Below, in pieces: positions 9,331-18,843 of a stretch of DNA of 37,194 bases. The notes under the pieces were generated by a model. It had not been told where the DNA came from, searched no databases, and saw nothing but the letters and a program-made list of their open reading frames with translations. Each line of letters starts with the position of its first letter. Within the stretch, counting starts at the first letter, position 1. The DNA is from a virus (Duplodnaviria; Caudoviricetes), in the IMG/VR virus record IMGVR_UViG_3300033487_000023, positions 1-37,194 of that record; one strand, written 5' to 3'. The position numbers and the translations under genes are program-made.

Positions 9331-10703
9331 GCACTCACCTCGACGTTGGCATAGAGCCCGAACAGCCCAATCGGGATCGGATCCGTGATGCGAACACGGA
9401 ACGATCGAGCTCTGGACCTTCCAAGGCGATACCACTCGGCGCGAAGACGGTACTCGCCAATCTTGCCTAGCGTTGCCGAGCGCTCGTCGGACCAGGTGCG
9501 GCCGCCGTCGTCCGACCACGAGAGCAGAGCCACAGGGTCAGAGCCCTGGCCCGACACCAGCCCGAGCCCCATCTCGCAGTCGAGTCGGATCCCTCGGTAT
9601 GTCGCCCATCCCGAGTCGGCCCATTGACAAGGCGTGATGACCTCGCGCTCGAGCATGTCCGCACCGTCCCAATAGGTGTTCGGGTCAAGCTCGTAGATGG
9701 CGCCTGTCGAGTAGTCACCCGCGAGATGCTTGCCTGCGAAGTACCCATAGCACGAGGCCCGCCACCTCGTCATATTGCGCGTCTTGCGCTCGGACCAGAG
9801 TCCGGTCGTGATGTCGTAGGAGAGGCACAGGTTCGAGAACAGGAGCACGTACCACTCATGACCCTCTTGCGAGTAGGTGAAGGCCGTGCACGTGTCTACC
9901 GAGGACGCTCCTTCGATCATATGGCGGATTGCCGCTGTGCTGATCGGATCCGCCTGGTATCCTGCGGCCCGGTAGACGTTGAGGTCATCCCCGAGCCAGA
10001 AGACCATGTTCTCGGCCTTCGAGATCGAACCAGGCGAAGCGCACCCATGCTCGATGAACCCGCCACCAGAGCGCACGAATGGGAATCCGGCCTGCCCGAC
10101 GTTCTGCCAGACCTCGATCGTCTGCTGCTTGAACATCCACAGCTCTCGATGGTCCGAGATACACCCGACGTTGTCGTCCGGCTGCGCGTCCGCTGTGGAG
10201 TAGTCGAGCGGGTCGATGACCGTCATGTTGTCGAGGCCGGTGCAATAGAATTCCTGCGACCCGGCCCGACAGAAGATTCCATACCCGTCCTGGTACGCGC
10301 ACCCGACGACGCCGCTTATGCCGAGACCGATGATGCCTGCCGAATTCGCGGCCTGTGCCTCCCCACCAGCGGCGATGCCAACGTGGGTTCGGTTGTGGAT
10401 CATGCGGACCGTGCCGCTCCCCGACACGACCCCGACGAGCGATGAAGCTCCGAGCGAATCGACCGCCCACAGTTGCGAGCCGCTCACCGCGAAGAGCAGG
10501 CCTGCGCACGGCTCCATCCCGCGAATCGGTCCCGTCCCCACGCTCGCCCATTGCTTGAGGCCTGGCGAGCCGAGCAGGCTAGCTGGAGCTCTCGTGCTCT
10601 GCGGGTTGGCCTCGAGGTAGAGATTGCGCACGCGCTCAACAGAGACGCCTGGCGACCTCGGCTGGTAGCTACTCTGGGCGAGAGGGATCTGTCTCCAGTC
10701 CAT
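9327..10703 (-). CDS. Packaged-DNA stabilisation / tail hub protein (P22 gp10-like)
   Basis: Likely start MDWRQ at 10703. Motifs RNLYLE, GPIRGM, QDGY, YSQEGHEWYVL, YDITTGLWSER, LSWSDDGGRTWS, GKIGEY and WYRLGRSR are typical of this family. Confidence 0.88.
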   Translation of the reverse strand: MDWRQIPLAQSSYQPRSPGVSVERVRNLYLEANPQSTRAPASLLGSPGLKQWASVGTGPIRGMEPCAGLLFAVSGSQLWAVDSLGASSLVGVVSGSGTVRMIHNRTHVGIAAGGEAQAANSAGIIGLGISGVVGCAYQDGYGIFCRAGSQEFYCTGLDNMTVIDPLDYSTADAQPDDNVGCISDHRELWMFKQQTIEVWQNVGQAGFPFVRSGGGFIEHGCASPGSISKAENMVFWLGDDLNVYRAAGYQADPISTAAIRHMIEGASSVDTCTAFTYSQEGHEWYVLLFSNLCLSYDITTGLWSERKTRNMTRWRASCYGYFAGKHLAGDYSTGAIYELDPNTYWDGADMLEREVITPCQWADSGWATYRGIRLDCEMGLGLVSGQGSDPVALLSWSDDGGRTWSDERSATLGKIGEYRLRAEWYRLGRSRARSFRVRITDPIPIGLFGLYANVEVSA

Positions 10704-10705
10704 CG

Positions 10706-11059
10706 TCAAAACCAGTTCGGAACGACAGGGGTTTGCTCTACGCCATTTGCGCACTGCTCCGTCAGATCTCTCCTGCCCTTCGCGGCGGCAGACTTGAGGT
10801 CTGCGAGACGTTCACCTGTGATTCCGTAATGGTTTGTCAGGTCTGCCGCCACGATATGAGCGAACGAGGCCTGCGCCCATTCCGGCACGGCGCTCGTCGC
10901 GAACGGTGCTACGCCAAGCTTCCGCAGCGAGGCGTAGGTCGCATCAAAGTACCTGCCCACAAGGTCCGCGTCCTCGGCGCTCGCGGACTGCCCCGCAGGC
11001 TTGACCCCGAGGACCTCCAGCGTCCAGTCGATCATCTCTGCGCGCGTCTTCGTCGCCAT
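10706..11059 (-). CDS. Head-to-tail adaptor (P22 gp4-like)
   Basis: 117 aa, MATKTRAEMIDWTLEVLGVKPAGQSASAED; lies between capsid and gp10-like genes. Confidence 0.7.
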   Translation of the reverse strand: MATKTRAEMIDWTLEVLGVKPAGQSASAEDADLVGRYFDATYASLRKLGVAPFATSAVPEWAQASFAHIVAADLTNHYGITGERLADLKSAAAKGRRDLTEQCANGVEQTPVVPNWF

Positions 11060-11062
11060 CGA

Positions 11063-11356
11063 CTAGGCCTTCCTTGGCCGCCCCGGCCCGCGACGGAATC
11101 CATGGAGCGGGGGGGCTGCGCGCTTCACCTCGAGCTCGTCATGCTCCTGCTTCTTCGGCTCAAGCACGGCCTGTTCCGTCTCGACGGGCGGACCTGCGAC
11201 CTCGGTCTTCTCGAGCTCGAACGTGCCGACAAGGAAGGAAGCCTTCCTAGCCTGCACATCGCTCGCCTCGACCCATTCCCCGAGCGGGCACCAGAGACCG
11301 AGCAGGTTGAGCCGGTCGGGACCGCCTTCTGGGCGCTTCGCGTATCGAACTTTCAT
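11063..11356 (-). CDS. Small protein with C-terminal AT-hook-like motif
   Basis: Likely start MKVRYAK at 11356; ends RRGPGRPRKA. Confidence 0.7.
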   Translation of the reverse strand: MKVRYAKRPEGGPDRLNLLGLWCPLGEWVEASDVQARKASFLVGTFELEKTEVAGPPVETEQAVLEPKKQEHDELEVKRAAPPLHGFRRGPGRPRKA

Positions 11357-11374
11357 CGTACCTCGCAGGGCAGT

Positions 11375-11397
11375 GCCCGGGGGATGAGCCCCCGGGC
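11375..11397 (-). terminator. GC-rich hairpin after the major capsid gene (attenuator/mRNA stabiliser)
   Basis: GCCCGGGGG-atgag-CCCCCGGGC, a 9-bp perfect stem; no U-tract, so termination is uncertain. Confidence 0.5.
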
Positions 11398-11411
11398 CTA
11401 ATGCCGGTTTA

Positions 11412-12485
11412 TCAGGTGTCGGCAACGCACGCACAGTATACGGTCGCCATGCCATGCTGTATGCTGTTGTGCATCAGCTTCTCGACTCCGCGGATTTCCG
11501 CAACACATACGCCTACTTGGTTCTCGTAGTCGAATTCCTTGGTCGTGAGCTTCGTCTTCTGGCCCCACGCCACACCGAGGGCCTGCGCTCCGAGCAAGAA
11601 GTTGGGCGCCACGTCAATCGCCGGAGAGCCGGCGCCGACCGTGGAGATGGACGTCATCTCGGGGATTTCCTTGATGATGATACCATCCCACATCAGATCA
11701 CCGTCATTGAACAGGGGATTTCCCTTCCCCCGCTCCGCGGCGTAGTCGTGCGCGGCAACCATCGTCGCGTGGTTCTTGAGGTCGCGGAAGCAATACGAGT
11801 GCGCGAGAAGCACGTACCACTCGCCCTGCTCGTCGATCATCATCGGGCGGATGTGCGGGTCAGCCTGCTTGGCCATCCGCTTGATGAGCGACACGATGGT
11901 CGGCTGCAGGATGTCGTTTGACGCATCCACGTTCAGGAGGCATGCAGAATGGTCGTTCGCTGCGTTGTTGGCCTTCGCAGCGCCGAACAGCACACGGTCG
12001 CTGTTCGCAGCGAGCCAGGCATCCTTCTCGCCTTCGGTGCACGAGGCGTAGGCCGTCGTTCCGTCAACCTTCGCGCTCATGAGCTTCTCGATGATTTGGT
12101 CCCTGAGGTCCTGCACCGACCAGAGCTTGAGCATCTCCCGGGCTGCCTCGGCGTAGTCTACCTCGGTCTTCTGCTGCTCCATGCGACCGACTCGAACCGC
12201 GTTCCTGCGCTGGTTGATTTCGATCTCATGGTTGTAGTTGTTGAGCGCCTCTTCGGCGCCTTCCATGACGTTGTCGCCTGTGACGGCTGCCTGCGTGAGG
12301 CGGGTCACGAGTGGGAAGTTGATCTTGGTCCCGCGCTCACCGCCGAGCCGCGTGTTGACCTGGAACGGGAAGTTGATCCCTTTCCCCATGAGCTTCGCAA
12401 ACTGCGAAGCGCGGACGTACTCCGCGAAGTACCCGCTCTCCCATACGCTCTTGACGCTTCCGCTAACGGTTACGATGTTGGCCAT
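11412..12485 (-). CDS. Major capsid protein (N4-gp56/DUF4043-like)
   Basis: 357 aa; GTKINFPL..L...VTGDNVMEGAEEAL, NPLFNDGDLMWDGIII and FLLGAQALGVAWG motifs; follows the scaffold gene. Confidence 0.9.
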   Translation of the reverse strand: MANIVTVSGSVKSVWESGYFAEYVRASQFAKLMGKGINFPFQVNTRLGGERGTKINFPLVTRLTQAAVTGDNVMEGAEEALNNYNHEIEINQRRNAVRVGRMEQQKTEVDYAEAAREMLKLWSVQDLRDQIIEKLMSAKVDGTTAYASCTEGEKDAWLAANSDRVLFGAAKANNAANDHSACLLNVDASNDILQPTIVSLIKRMAKQADPHIRPMMIDEQGEWYVLLAHSYCFRDLKNHATMVAAHDYAAERGKGNPLFNDGDLMWDGIIIKEIPEMTSISTVGAGSPAIDVAPNFLLGAQALGVAWGQKTKLTTKEFDYENQVGVCVAEIRGVEKLMHNSIQHGMATVYCACVADT

Positions 12486-12500
12486 GACTTCCTCGTGCGG

Positions 12501-13319
12501 CTATCCGCCGCGTCTCTTGAATCGAGTTCTGCCGAACAGGTCCTCGAAGACCTCGTCGTCGGACTTGACGTGAGGCGTCTTCGGGGCCGGCGAGCCTCGA
12601 CCCACTCCAGGGCTCGGAGGCGCCACAACGGCGGCCGGCTCTGGCGGTTTGGTTGATTGCTGGGACTGTTGCGCGACGTATTCCGCGATGGCCTCGGCCT
12701 TGATCTTAGCCTTGTAGGCTCCGAGGTCCGTCACGCCGGACATCTCTTGGATCGACTTGCCGACCTGGTAGGCATACTCGGCAGGATCGTACTGCGCTCG
12801 CATCTCCTGCCATAGGGCAGGCGACTTGTTCGCGGCGTCCATGAAGGCGCGCTCGGCGTCCTGGTAGTCCTGATAGCGACGCTTCGCGGCCTCGACGCTG
12901 TGGTCGATCCGTCTCTTCTCGATCTCTTCCCGTTGAGCCCCGAGCTTCGCATCGAGCTTCGCCTCGACGTAGGCGCGCGGGTTCCGGTAGAACTCGGCGT
13001 CCTCGTCCTCCGGCTCCTTCTTCGGCTCTTGCTTCGCGGGTTCTCGAGCTCGGCGCTCGACCTCCGCGAGGCGGGCTTCGAGCTCCTGGCGCTTGCGTCG
13101 CTCTTCGTGGAGAGCAGCGAGCGGGACACGGGAATCATGCTGATCCGATTGCTTGGATTCTGTCTTCGTCTCCTCCTTCGGTGCGGCCTCTTCCGCGGCC
13201 TCTTGCTTGTCTTCTGGTGTTGGCGCTGGTTCGGTCTTTGCCGGTGCGGTCTCCACCTGCGGGTCAATCATGCCCTCGAAGACCTTTCCAAAGACCTGTG
13301 CGTCCTGCAGTGATTCCAT
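12501..13319 (-). CDS. Scaffolding protein
   Basis: Likely start MESLQ at 13319 (GGAG upstream); acidic Pro-rich N-terminus, VPLAALHEERRKRQELE coiled coil, DPAEYAYQVGK. Confidence 0.82.
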   Translation of the reverse strand: MESLQDAQVFGKVFEGMIDPQVETAPAKTEPAPTPEDKQEAAEEAAPKEETKTESKQSDQHDSRVPLAALHEERRKRQELEARLAEVERRAREPAKQEPKKEPEDEDAEFYRNPRAYVEAKLDAKLGAQREEIEKRRIDHSVEAAKRRYQDYQDAERAFMDAANKSPALWQEMRAQYDPAEYAYQVGKSIQEMSGVTDLGAYKAKIKAEAIAEYVAQQSQQSTKPPEPAAVVAPPSPGVGRGSPAPKTPHVKSDDEVFEDLFGRTRFKRRGG

Positions 13320-13393
13320 GTTTTCTCCGCTTGTTGTGGCCGTGCGTGGCCGTGACGAATCGCCCGTAACGCCGGCGGCGCGAGAGACTGACC

Positions 13394-13442
13394 CTTGCAT
13401 CGTATCCACAAAGTATGGATAGATGCAAGCCAAGTGATCACT
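13394..13442. promoter_or_regulatory. Palindromic control region between divergent scaffold and decoration-like genes
   Basis: CTTGCATC-g-TATCCA-caaagta-TGGATA-GATGCAAG (13394-13429) plus perfect palindrome AGTGATCACT (13433-13442). The minus strand reads TTGCAT-N18-TACGAT, which is sigma70-like. Confidence 0.55.
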
Positions 13443-13476
13443 CAAAGCGCGTCATCTGCGCCGAAAGGAAAAGACC

Positions 13477-13938
13477 ATGGCTACCGTTTACACGACCGAA
13501 GGTGCTGCGAGCTATCCGGTGTTCCAGCCGATGGGACAAGGCCAATGCGGTGTTGCCGCGAGCTGCTACACGATCGCAAGCGCCCTCTCGAAGAACGACA
13601 TCGTCACGTTCTTCCGGCTTCCTCCGTGCTCTGTTCTGTGGGGCTGGTTTATCGCGACCGACATCGATACTGGGACCGAGGCCATGGAGGTTGACATCGG
13701 GACCTCGAGCGACACCGATCAGCTCCTCGACTCCGGCGTGCTGACCGGCGACGTCGTCACGGACGTCTTCGGAGCGCACGCGGCTCTCGGCCAGCCGAAC
13801 TACCGCGTTCTCAACGGCCTCCAGGCCGGGCCCGTGGCCTACACCTCGGAGACCACCATCATCGGGACCGTGGTTGCTGCGGCGGCCGGTGGAGGAACGG
13901 GCTACGCCTATCTGGGCCTGTTCTACAAGTGCGCCTAG
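13477..13938 (+). CDS. Putative capsid decoration/cement protein (beta-sandwich), inverted orientation
   Basis: 153 aa, AAGGA RBS. NDIVTFFRLPP...TDIDTG...VDIG pattern resembles proteins normally encoded right after N4-gp56-type capsids. Its stop lies 1 bp from the portal stop. Confidence 0.65.
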   Translation: MATVYTTEGAASYPVFQPMGQGQCGVAASCYTIASALSKNDIVTFFRLPPCSVLWGWFIATDIDTGTEAMEVDIGTSSDTDQLLDSGVLTGDVVTDVFGAHAALGQPNYRVLNGLQAGPVAYTSETTIIGTVVAAAAGGGTGYAYLGLFYKCA

Positions 13939-13939
13939 C

Positions 13940-16168
13940 CTAGATGACTGACGGGCCCAGCCCGCCAATCTCCCCAGCCGCAGCGTCCATCTGACGAGAA
14001 GCCATCAAGGCTCGATACTGGTCCGCGTTCATCGCAACCTGGTCTGCCTGATTCTCCAGGCTGGTCTTCTGCGCGAGCGCCGCATCGTGCGCGGCCTTCG
14101 GTGCCATCGCCTGCGCCGAGGCCTGATCCTTTTGTGCCTTCGCCACGCTGGCCATCGTGTCAGCCTTGGTCTTGCCCACGTTCGCCTGCGCCTGAGCGAT
14201 GGCGAGTTGCTGCGCCTCTTGCTGTGCCTGCTGGGCAGCCTGAGCCGCGGCATCCTTCTGGCCCTTGAGCATGTTGAGCAGCTTGCGCTTCGAGCGTAAC
14301 TGAGAGGCCTCGATGAGCACCTCGGGAGGAATCGGAACGCCGGACTGCGCCATCCCTGCAAGCGCGTCGAATTCCTCCTGCTGAACAACGGCGGTATCGG
14401 GCGCCTCGTCGATGATGATGTCCACGTCGAGTTGCGAGATGTCGTTGTCGGTCACGACCTCTTGCGCGAGCGGGTGCTGGAGGAGCTGCTGGATTGCGAT
14501 CTTCTCGATGGCCTCCGGAGGAACCTGCTGACCTGCGGCCTGCATCTGTGCTGCGAGGCTCGCCACGGCCTGGTCGAAGAGCTCCGTGGCGCCAGGGACC
14601 TCTGCCGCGTCGAGCGAGTCACGCGGAGGAAGCCCGCGCTTCATCGCCTCCATCACGCGCCGGCCTCGCGTCATAGGCCTATTCAGGGCAATGAATCTGT
14701 ATCCAGCGTCGTTCACGTCGTCTCGGACTCGGATCCATTTTTCCTGGGTCCAGAATTGGCAGACCCGAAGCACGACCTGCACGAGCGTTGATCGCTTGAG
14801 CCTGCGAAAGTGGTCGAAGAGCTTCTCCAGCTCGGTGCTCGCGATTTGCTGCCAAGCGAGGATGGCCCGCCCCGAATTGTTGGTTTGCCCGCCCATCATC
14901 GGCGAATCGGGGCCGACCGTATCGATCTCGTTCTTCGCCTCTTGGAGAAGCTGGAATTGGGGAGCGCTCAGGTCACCGCCAGGCGGGAACACGATTCGGC
15001 CCTCCATGAGCGAACCGGGCGATACCTCGGCGTACCCGTCAGGCTTGGCGAGCTCGTTCTGGAACCCGCGCTTGTCCGTCACGACCCCTTCCTCGGCAAC
15101 CACCTGGCGCACGTTGATGGCGTGGAGTGCCTTCGAGCGCCGCTTGTTGATCTCGTCCTGGGCCGAGAGCATGCCCTTGACGATGCCGTAGCGACCGTTC
15201 TGCCTGTCACAGAATGCCGAGCCGAAGATGAGCGGGCACACGGCCTTGTTCTTGCGGTCGTGGTAGACGCTCCTACGCGGCGGCCACACCCAGCCTCCGC
15301 CGACCGCGTGCCCGCAGTACCACTGCCCATCCGAACGCCAATAGCCCTCGACCACGAGGTAACGATCGCGTGACACGTCGTACCACGAGCTCGGCCTGTC
15401 CTTGTGGTGCTCGTCAGCGACGTCCGAGTCCGGCCTCGAGGCCTGGATGATGGCGTCGAGCTCCTCGTCAGATAGGCCCTTACCCTGGTAGGTCGTCCGA
15501 AGGTCGTCCTCGTCCATCCAGATGACCGTGCCGAGGTATTTGGCGTCGCTGAAGTCCGGCTCTCTCGACTTCGGGTCCCACCACATCCTGTCGTGGTGGA
15601 CCTGCCGGACTCGGATCCGAATCTCCTGCTTGCGAGCCTCTGCGGCATCGACCTGGACGCCCTCGCCGATTCGCTTGACTTCCGCCCCGAGCGGTGTCAC
15701 AACGTCTTCTGCCTCGTGGTCAACAATCACTCCCCCGCACCCCTCCACCAGAAATTCCTCGAAGACCTGGGTCAGCGTCTGCTGGATTTGCTGCTCGTCT
15801 GAGACGTAGCGGATGGCGTCGCTCATGGCCTCCGCGGCGGCCTCATGCATCGGCGTGCGCGGCAACGTGCGCGGGTCGGAGCGGGTTCGGATCTCGCTTC
15901 CTGTCAGGTAGTTGACCTTCTTCGCGATCCGATTGAACACGACCACTGGCTGGCCCCGCGAGCGAAGCGTGGCCTTCTCGTCGTCTGTCCATTGCTCGCC
16001 GTCATAGTAGTCGCGGCAGAGCGCGGACGTGTCGCGGTCGGTCTGCGTGGAGGTCTGCCACTCGCTGTAGGAGTCCCGTAACTGGGTCAGCGCCTCGTCT
16101 TCATCAACGACATCCACTGGGCCAAGGCTCTGAATCGGGCTTCCACCATCGCTCAAACCGTTCGCCAT
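13940..16168 (-). CDS. Portal protein (P22-like)
   Basis: 742 aa; DYYDGEQW, RGQPVVVFNRI, WWDP.SREPDFSDAKY, QDEINKRRSK, SGRAI, DVDIIIDEAP; Gln/Ala helical barrel tail. Confidence 0.93.
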   Translation of the reverse strand: MANGLSDGGSPIQSLGPVDVVDEDEALTQLRDSYSEWQTSTQTDRDTSALCRDYYDGEQWTDDEKATLRSRGQPVVVFNRIAKKVNYLTGSEIRTRSDPRTLPRTPMHEAAAEAMSDAIRYVSDEQQIQQTLTQVFEEFLVEGCGGVIVDHEAEDVVTPLGAEVKRIGEGVQVDAAEARKQEIRIRVRQVHHDRMWWDPKSREPDFSDAKYLGTVIWMDEDDLRTTYQGKGLSDEELDAIIQASRPDSDVADEHHKDRPSSWYDVSRDRYLVVEGYWRSDGQWYCGHAVGGGWVWPPRRSVYHDRKNKAVCPLIFGSAFCDRQNGRYGIVKGMLSAQDEINKRRSKALHAINVRQVVAEEGVVTDKRGFQNELAKPDGYAEVSPGSLMEGRIVFPPGGDLSAPQFQLLQEAKNEIDTVGPDSPMMGGQTNNSGRAILAWQQIASTELEKLFDHFRRLKRSTLVQVVLRVCQFWTQEKWIRVRDDVNDAGYRFIALNRPMTRGRRVMEAMKRGLPPRDSLDAAEVPGATELFDQAVASLAAQMQAAGQQVPPEAIEKIAIQQLLQHPLAQEVVTDNDISQLDVDIIIDEAPDTAVVQQEEFDALAGMAQSGVPIPPEVLIEASQLRSKRKLLNMLKGQKDAAAQAAQQAQQEAQQLAIAQAQANVGKTKADTMASVAKAQKDQASAQAMAPKAAHDAALAQKTSLENQADQVAMNADQYRALMASRQMDAAAGEIGGLGPSVI

Positions 16169-17625
16169 GTCCGCTCGTCCTCCTGCCTGTCGGCATAGCC
16201 ATCACGTGGCTTCTTTGGATCTTTCGACCCGCCGACTATAGCAGGATGTGCGGACTCAAGCGCAAGGCACAGGAGAGAGATCGTGTCGAAGGCGTCATCC
16301 TTGCCGGCCGGGAACCGGCAGAGCTGCGAGATGATGCGTTCGGCCCATTCCTGGCGACCGAATCGGATCCGGCCCATGCTGGACATGCCCTGCATCGCTC
16401 GACCTCGGACGGCCTTGTCGTTCACGGACGGGATCCACTCCTGGCGCCAATGCGTCTTCGCGTCCCTCGCCATCCGGATAAGAAGAGGACGCACGGCCTT
16501 CGCGATCACGCCACCCTCGCCAAAGCAACAATGCGGCCTCCACTTCTTCACGAGGCGGATCTGCTCCGCGATCCACACATCTGGCGACGTCTGCCCGAAC
16601 CACCAGTCGAGCACGAAGACCTCATCTCCGAGCAGGCCGAACACGCCATGCTCTGTGAAGTCCGGCTCTGCGCCCTCCGCCGGCTCGCTTACCGCGTAGT
16701 CGCTGGCCATGTAGATGCGCGCGCCCTTCGGTGCCTCCGTGTAGCGGTCCGCGTACCAGTCCCGCCTGCAGTACCCTCCGACCTCGGTCTGCGGCTCGCC
16801 CTGGTAGAGCGCGGCCCATACGCGCGGGTAGACCTCCTTGCGTGTGCGCCGGAGCTCGTCGAGGCTCCACCACTCCGGCCAGAGAGATTGCTCATGGTCG
16901 GTGTGCTCGCACTCGATCGCCTTGAAGTGGACCACGTGCCACGTGCCAGGCTCGTCTCGCATGAGCACGCCGGCGAGGTCCTCCTCGTGCCATCGGGTCG
17001 TGATGAGGACAATTGCCCCGCCAGGCATCAAGCGGGTCCGCATCGTGGAGCGATACCACTTCACCACGGCTTCGCGCCGAAGCGGAGAATCCGCCTCCGC
17101 CTGGTTCTTGATCGGGTCGTCGATGATAGCCACGTGCGCTCCGCGGCCCGTGACCGGCCCCCCGACGCCGGCGGCCACGTACCATCCGCCCGCCGAGGTC
17201 CTCCACCGGCTCTTGCTGACCGAGTCGCGCTTGAGCTGCACGCCCGGGAACACGGCGCGGAACTCTCGGCCCGCCACGATGTCGCGGACCTGCCCGCCGA
17301 AGTCCGAGGCGAGGTCGGCTCCGTAGCTCGCGCAGATGACCTGCTTCGTGGGAGACCTGCCGAGCAACCATGCCGGGAAGCGAACCGTGCACAGCTCGGA
17401 CTTCGAGCTCCGCGGCGGCGCCGTGATGATGACCCGCTTGAGCTCGCCGCGCTCGACCCGCTCGAGCACGTCACATATGATCCCGTGGTGCTCTCCGCTG
17501 GTCCATGACGGGTGCGTGTACTCGACGAACGGGAGGAGATGAGACCTTGCTGCTTTGCGCTTCAGCAGGACGTCTGCGGCGCGAGATGAGGTTACGGTTT
17601 CAATCGGCTTCGCCTCGATTATCAC
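16153..17625 (-). CDS. terL: Terminase large subunit
   Basis: Walker A-like APPRSSKS, GVGGPVTGRGAH, Walker B IIDDP, TRWHEEDLAG, ALYQGEP; RNase H-like C-terminus ending GKDDAFD. Confidence 0.95.
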   Translation of the reverse strand: MIIEAKPIETVTSSRAADVLLKRKAARSHLLPFVEYTHPSWTSGEHHGIICDVLERVERGELKRVIITAPPRSSKSELCTVRFPAWLLGRSPTKQVICASYGADLASDFGGQVRDIVAGREFRAVFPGVQLKRDSVSKSRWRTSAGGWYVAAGVGGPVTGRGAHVAIIDDPIKNQAEADSPLRREAVVKWYRSTMRTRLMPGGAIVLITTRWHEEDLAGVLMRDEPGTWHVVHFKAIECEHTDHEQSLWPEWWSLDELRRTRKEVYPRVWAALYQGEPQTEVGGYCRRDWYADRYTEAPKGARIYMASDYAVSEPAEGAEPDFTEHGVFGLLGDEVFVLDWWFGQTSPDVWIAEQIRLVKKWRPHCCFGEGGVIAKAVRPLLIRMARDAKTHWRQEWIPSVNDKAVRGRAMQGMSSMGRIRFGRQEWAERIISQLCRFPAGKDDAFDTISLLCLALESAHPAIVGGSKDPKKPRDGYADRQEDERTWRTV

Positions 17626-17871
17626 TCACTTCCAGCCGCAATCCTTTTCCTTCCGGTAATCATCTAACGTATCAAGCGCCTGATCTACCAACCGCGGAAC
17701 TGAAAAGTGGTGAAAAAGTCCGTGACGCATCTCAAAATGGATGCTGGCGAGAGTAGCCATCTCGCGCATTTCGGACGGAGAGAATTGCGCTTGTGCTAAC
17801 ATGCTCTCCATAATGTCTACCATGTGCTTGTACTTCGCATCAGAATCATACCGATCTCCTGGTGAATTCAT
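17626..17871 (-). CDS. Hypothetical protein
   Basis: 81-aa ORF between terS and terL; lower GC; stop abuts the terL start. Confidence 0.65.
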   Translation of the reverse strand: MNSPGDRYDSDAKYKHMVDIMESMLAQAQFSPSEMREMATLASIHFEMRHGLFHHFSVPRLVDQALDTLDDYRKEKDCGWK

Positions 17872-17906
17872 GTCCTACCCTTCATTTCTTCTCTTGTCAT
17901 CTGATG

Positions 17907-18320
17907 TCACTTTCCCTTCCTGGCAATCGCCATCAGTTCCTTGTCGGTCAAGTCGTCCACATCATCCGTCGAGACCGAGAAGCCTCCCACGAACCGACTC
18001 ACGAAGTCCGCTTGCGTCTTCCCGAGCAGCTCCGAGGCGCGCAATCGGTCAGCCATGTCCTCCTTCTCGTCGAGCATGACCTTCGTCCACCAGCGCTGCC
18101 TGTCCTCCCTCGTCGCGACAACCGGATCCGCTTTCGCTCGCTTTTCAATCTCCTCTCGAATTAGTGATTTCTTGAGATTCTGTTTTCCGCAGGCTCCAAG
18201 GGTGACTGCATTCCCACGATATCCTGCTATCCTGCAAGCCTCCGTGGCATTGCCGCACGCCTGGCCCATAAAGGCCTCGACGAACCTGCGTTGTTTCTCT
18301 GTGAGGGTGTCTCGTTTCAT
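17907..18320 (-). CDS. terS: Terminase small subunit
   Basis: LTEKQRRFVEAF...NATEACRIAGY, and DRLRASELLGK; Terminase_2-like. Confidence 0.92.
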   Translation of the reverse strand: MKRDTLTEKQRRFVEAFMGQACGNATEACRIAGYRGNAVTLGACGKQNLKKSLIREEIEKRAKADPVVATREDRQRWWTKVMLDEKEDMADRLRASELLGKTQADFVSRFVGGFSVSTDDVDDLTDKELMAIARKGK

Positions 18321-18335
18321 GCGTGGATCATACCA

Positions 18336-18575
18336 TCACCATCTCTGCAGCTTCCCGCTCTTCGCCTCTTCTGGGAACCAGCAATGGTTGCAGACAAGGC
18401 ACTCGTACATGCCTTCCTTGTTGCGAAACAGCCGAAGCTTGATCGGCCAGTGCCGCGGGCAGACGAACACGGTAGGCCTCATGCCTCGACGAATCGCGTT
18501 CTCCCTGGCGAGCTCGTCCTTCGCCGATGTTGCTCCGAGGAAAGCGAAGAGCCTGGTTGCCCACGATACGCTCAT
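18336..18575 (-). CDS. Small Zn-ribbon-like hypothetical protein
   Basis: 79 aa with CPRH and CLVC.HC motifs. Confidence 0.55.
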   Translation of the reverse strand: MSVSWATRLFAFLGATSAKDELARENAIRRGMRPTVFVCPRHWPIKLRLFRNKEGMYECLVCNHCWFPEEAKSGKLQRW

Positions 18576-18579
18576 GCCC

Positions 18580-18843
18580 TCAGCTCCGAATCACCTTGGC
18601 TGCGATGTCCGCGACCCAGCGTTCAAACGCCTCCGCCATGCACGTCTCGGGCTCGAGGCTTAGAATCTTCGCCAGCGTTCGGATCTTCTGCTTCGCTAGC
18701 TTGTGCCTCTTGAGTGCGCCATCAAGCGAGGACCTCTCCGGGTCACTCATCATCTCCTGCCGCGCTTCCTCGATGCAGTCCTGTCCTCTCTCTTCTCCGA
18801 AGAGATTCTCTTGAACCACTCTGATTTTGGATTCCTGTGTCAT
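18580..18843 (-). CDS. Hypothetical protein
   Basis: 87 aa; ATGA overlap with the upstream gene. Confidence 0.6.
   Translation of the reverse strand: MTQESKIRVVQENLFGEERGQDCIEEARQEMMSDPERSSLDGALKRHKLAKQKIRTLAKILSLEPETCMAEAFERWVADIAAKVIRS

Noticed and set aside
10811-10840. Partial gapped self-matches of modules G (YGIT in gp4-like), F (WE.MT in YqaJ) and B/C (AITG, TGSVTI)
   Set aside because: Only 4-5 of 10 dinucleotides match, which is expected many times by chance in 74 kb of both strands.
13477-13938. Invertible (phase-variable) segment
   Set aside because: No matching inverted repeats flank both ends, and no site-specific recombinase was recognised.
13438-13968. Minus-strand 176-aa ORF as the real gene between portal and scaffold
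   Set aside because: It has Arg-rich shadow-like composition. The plus-strand ORF has an RBS, high GC3 codon usage and a plausible fold.
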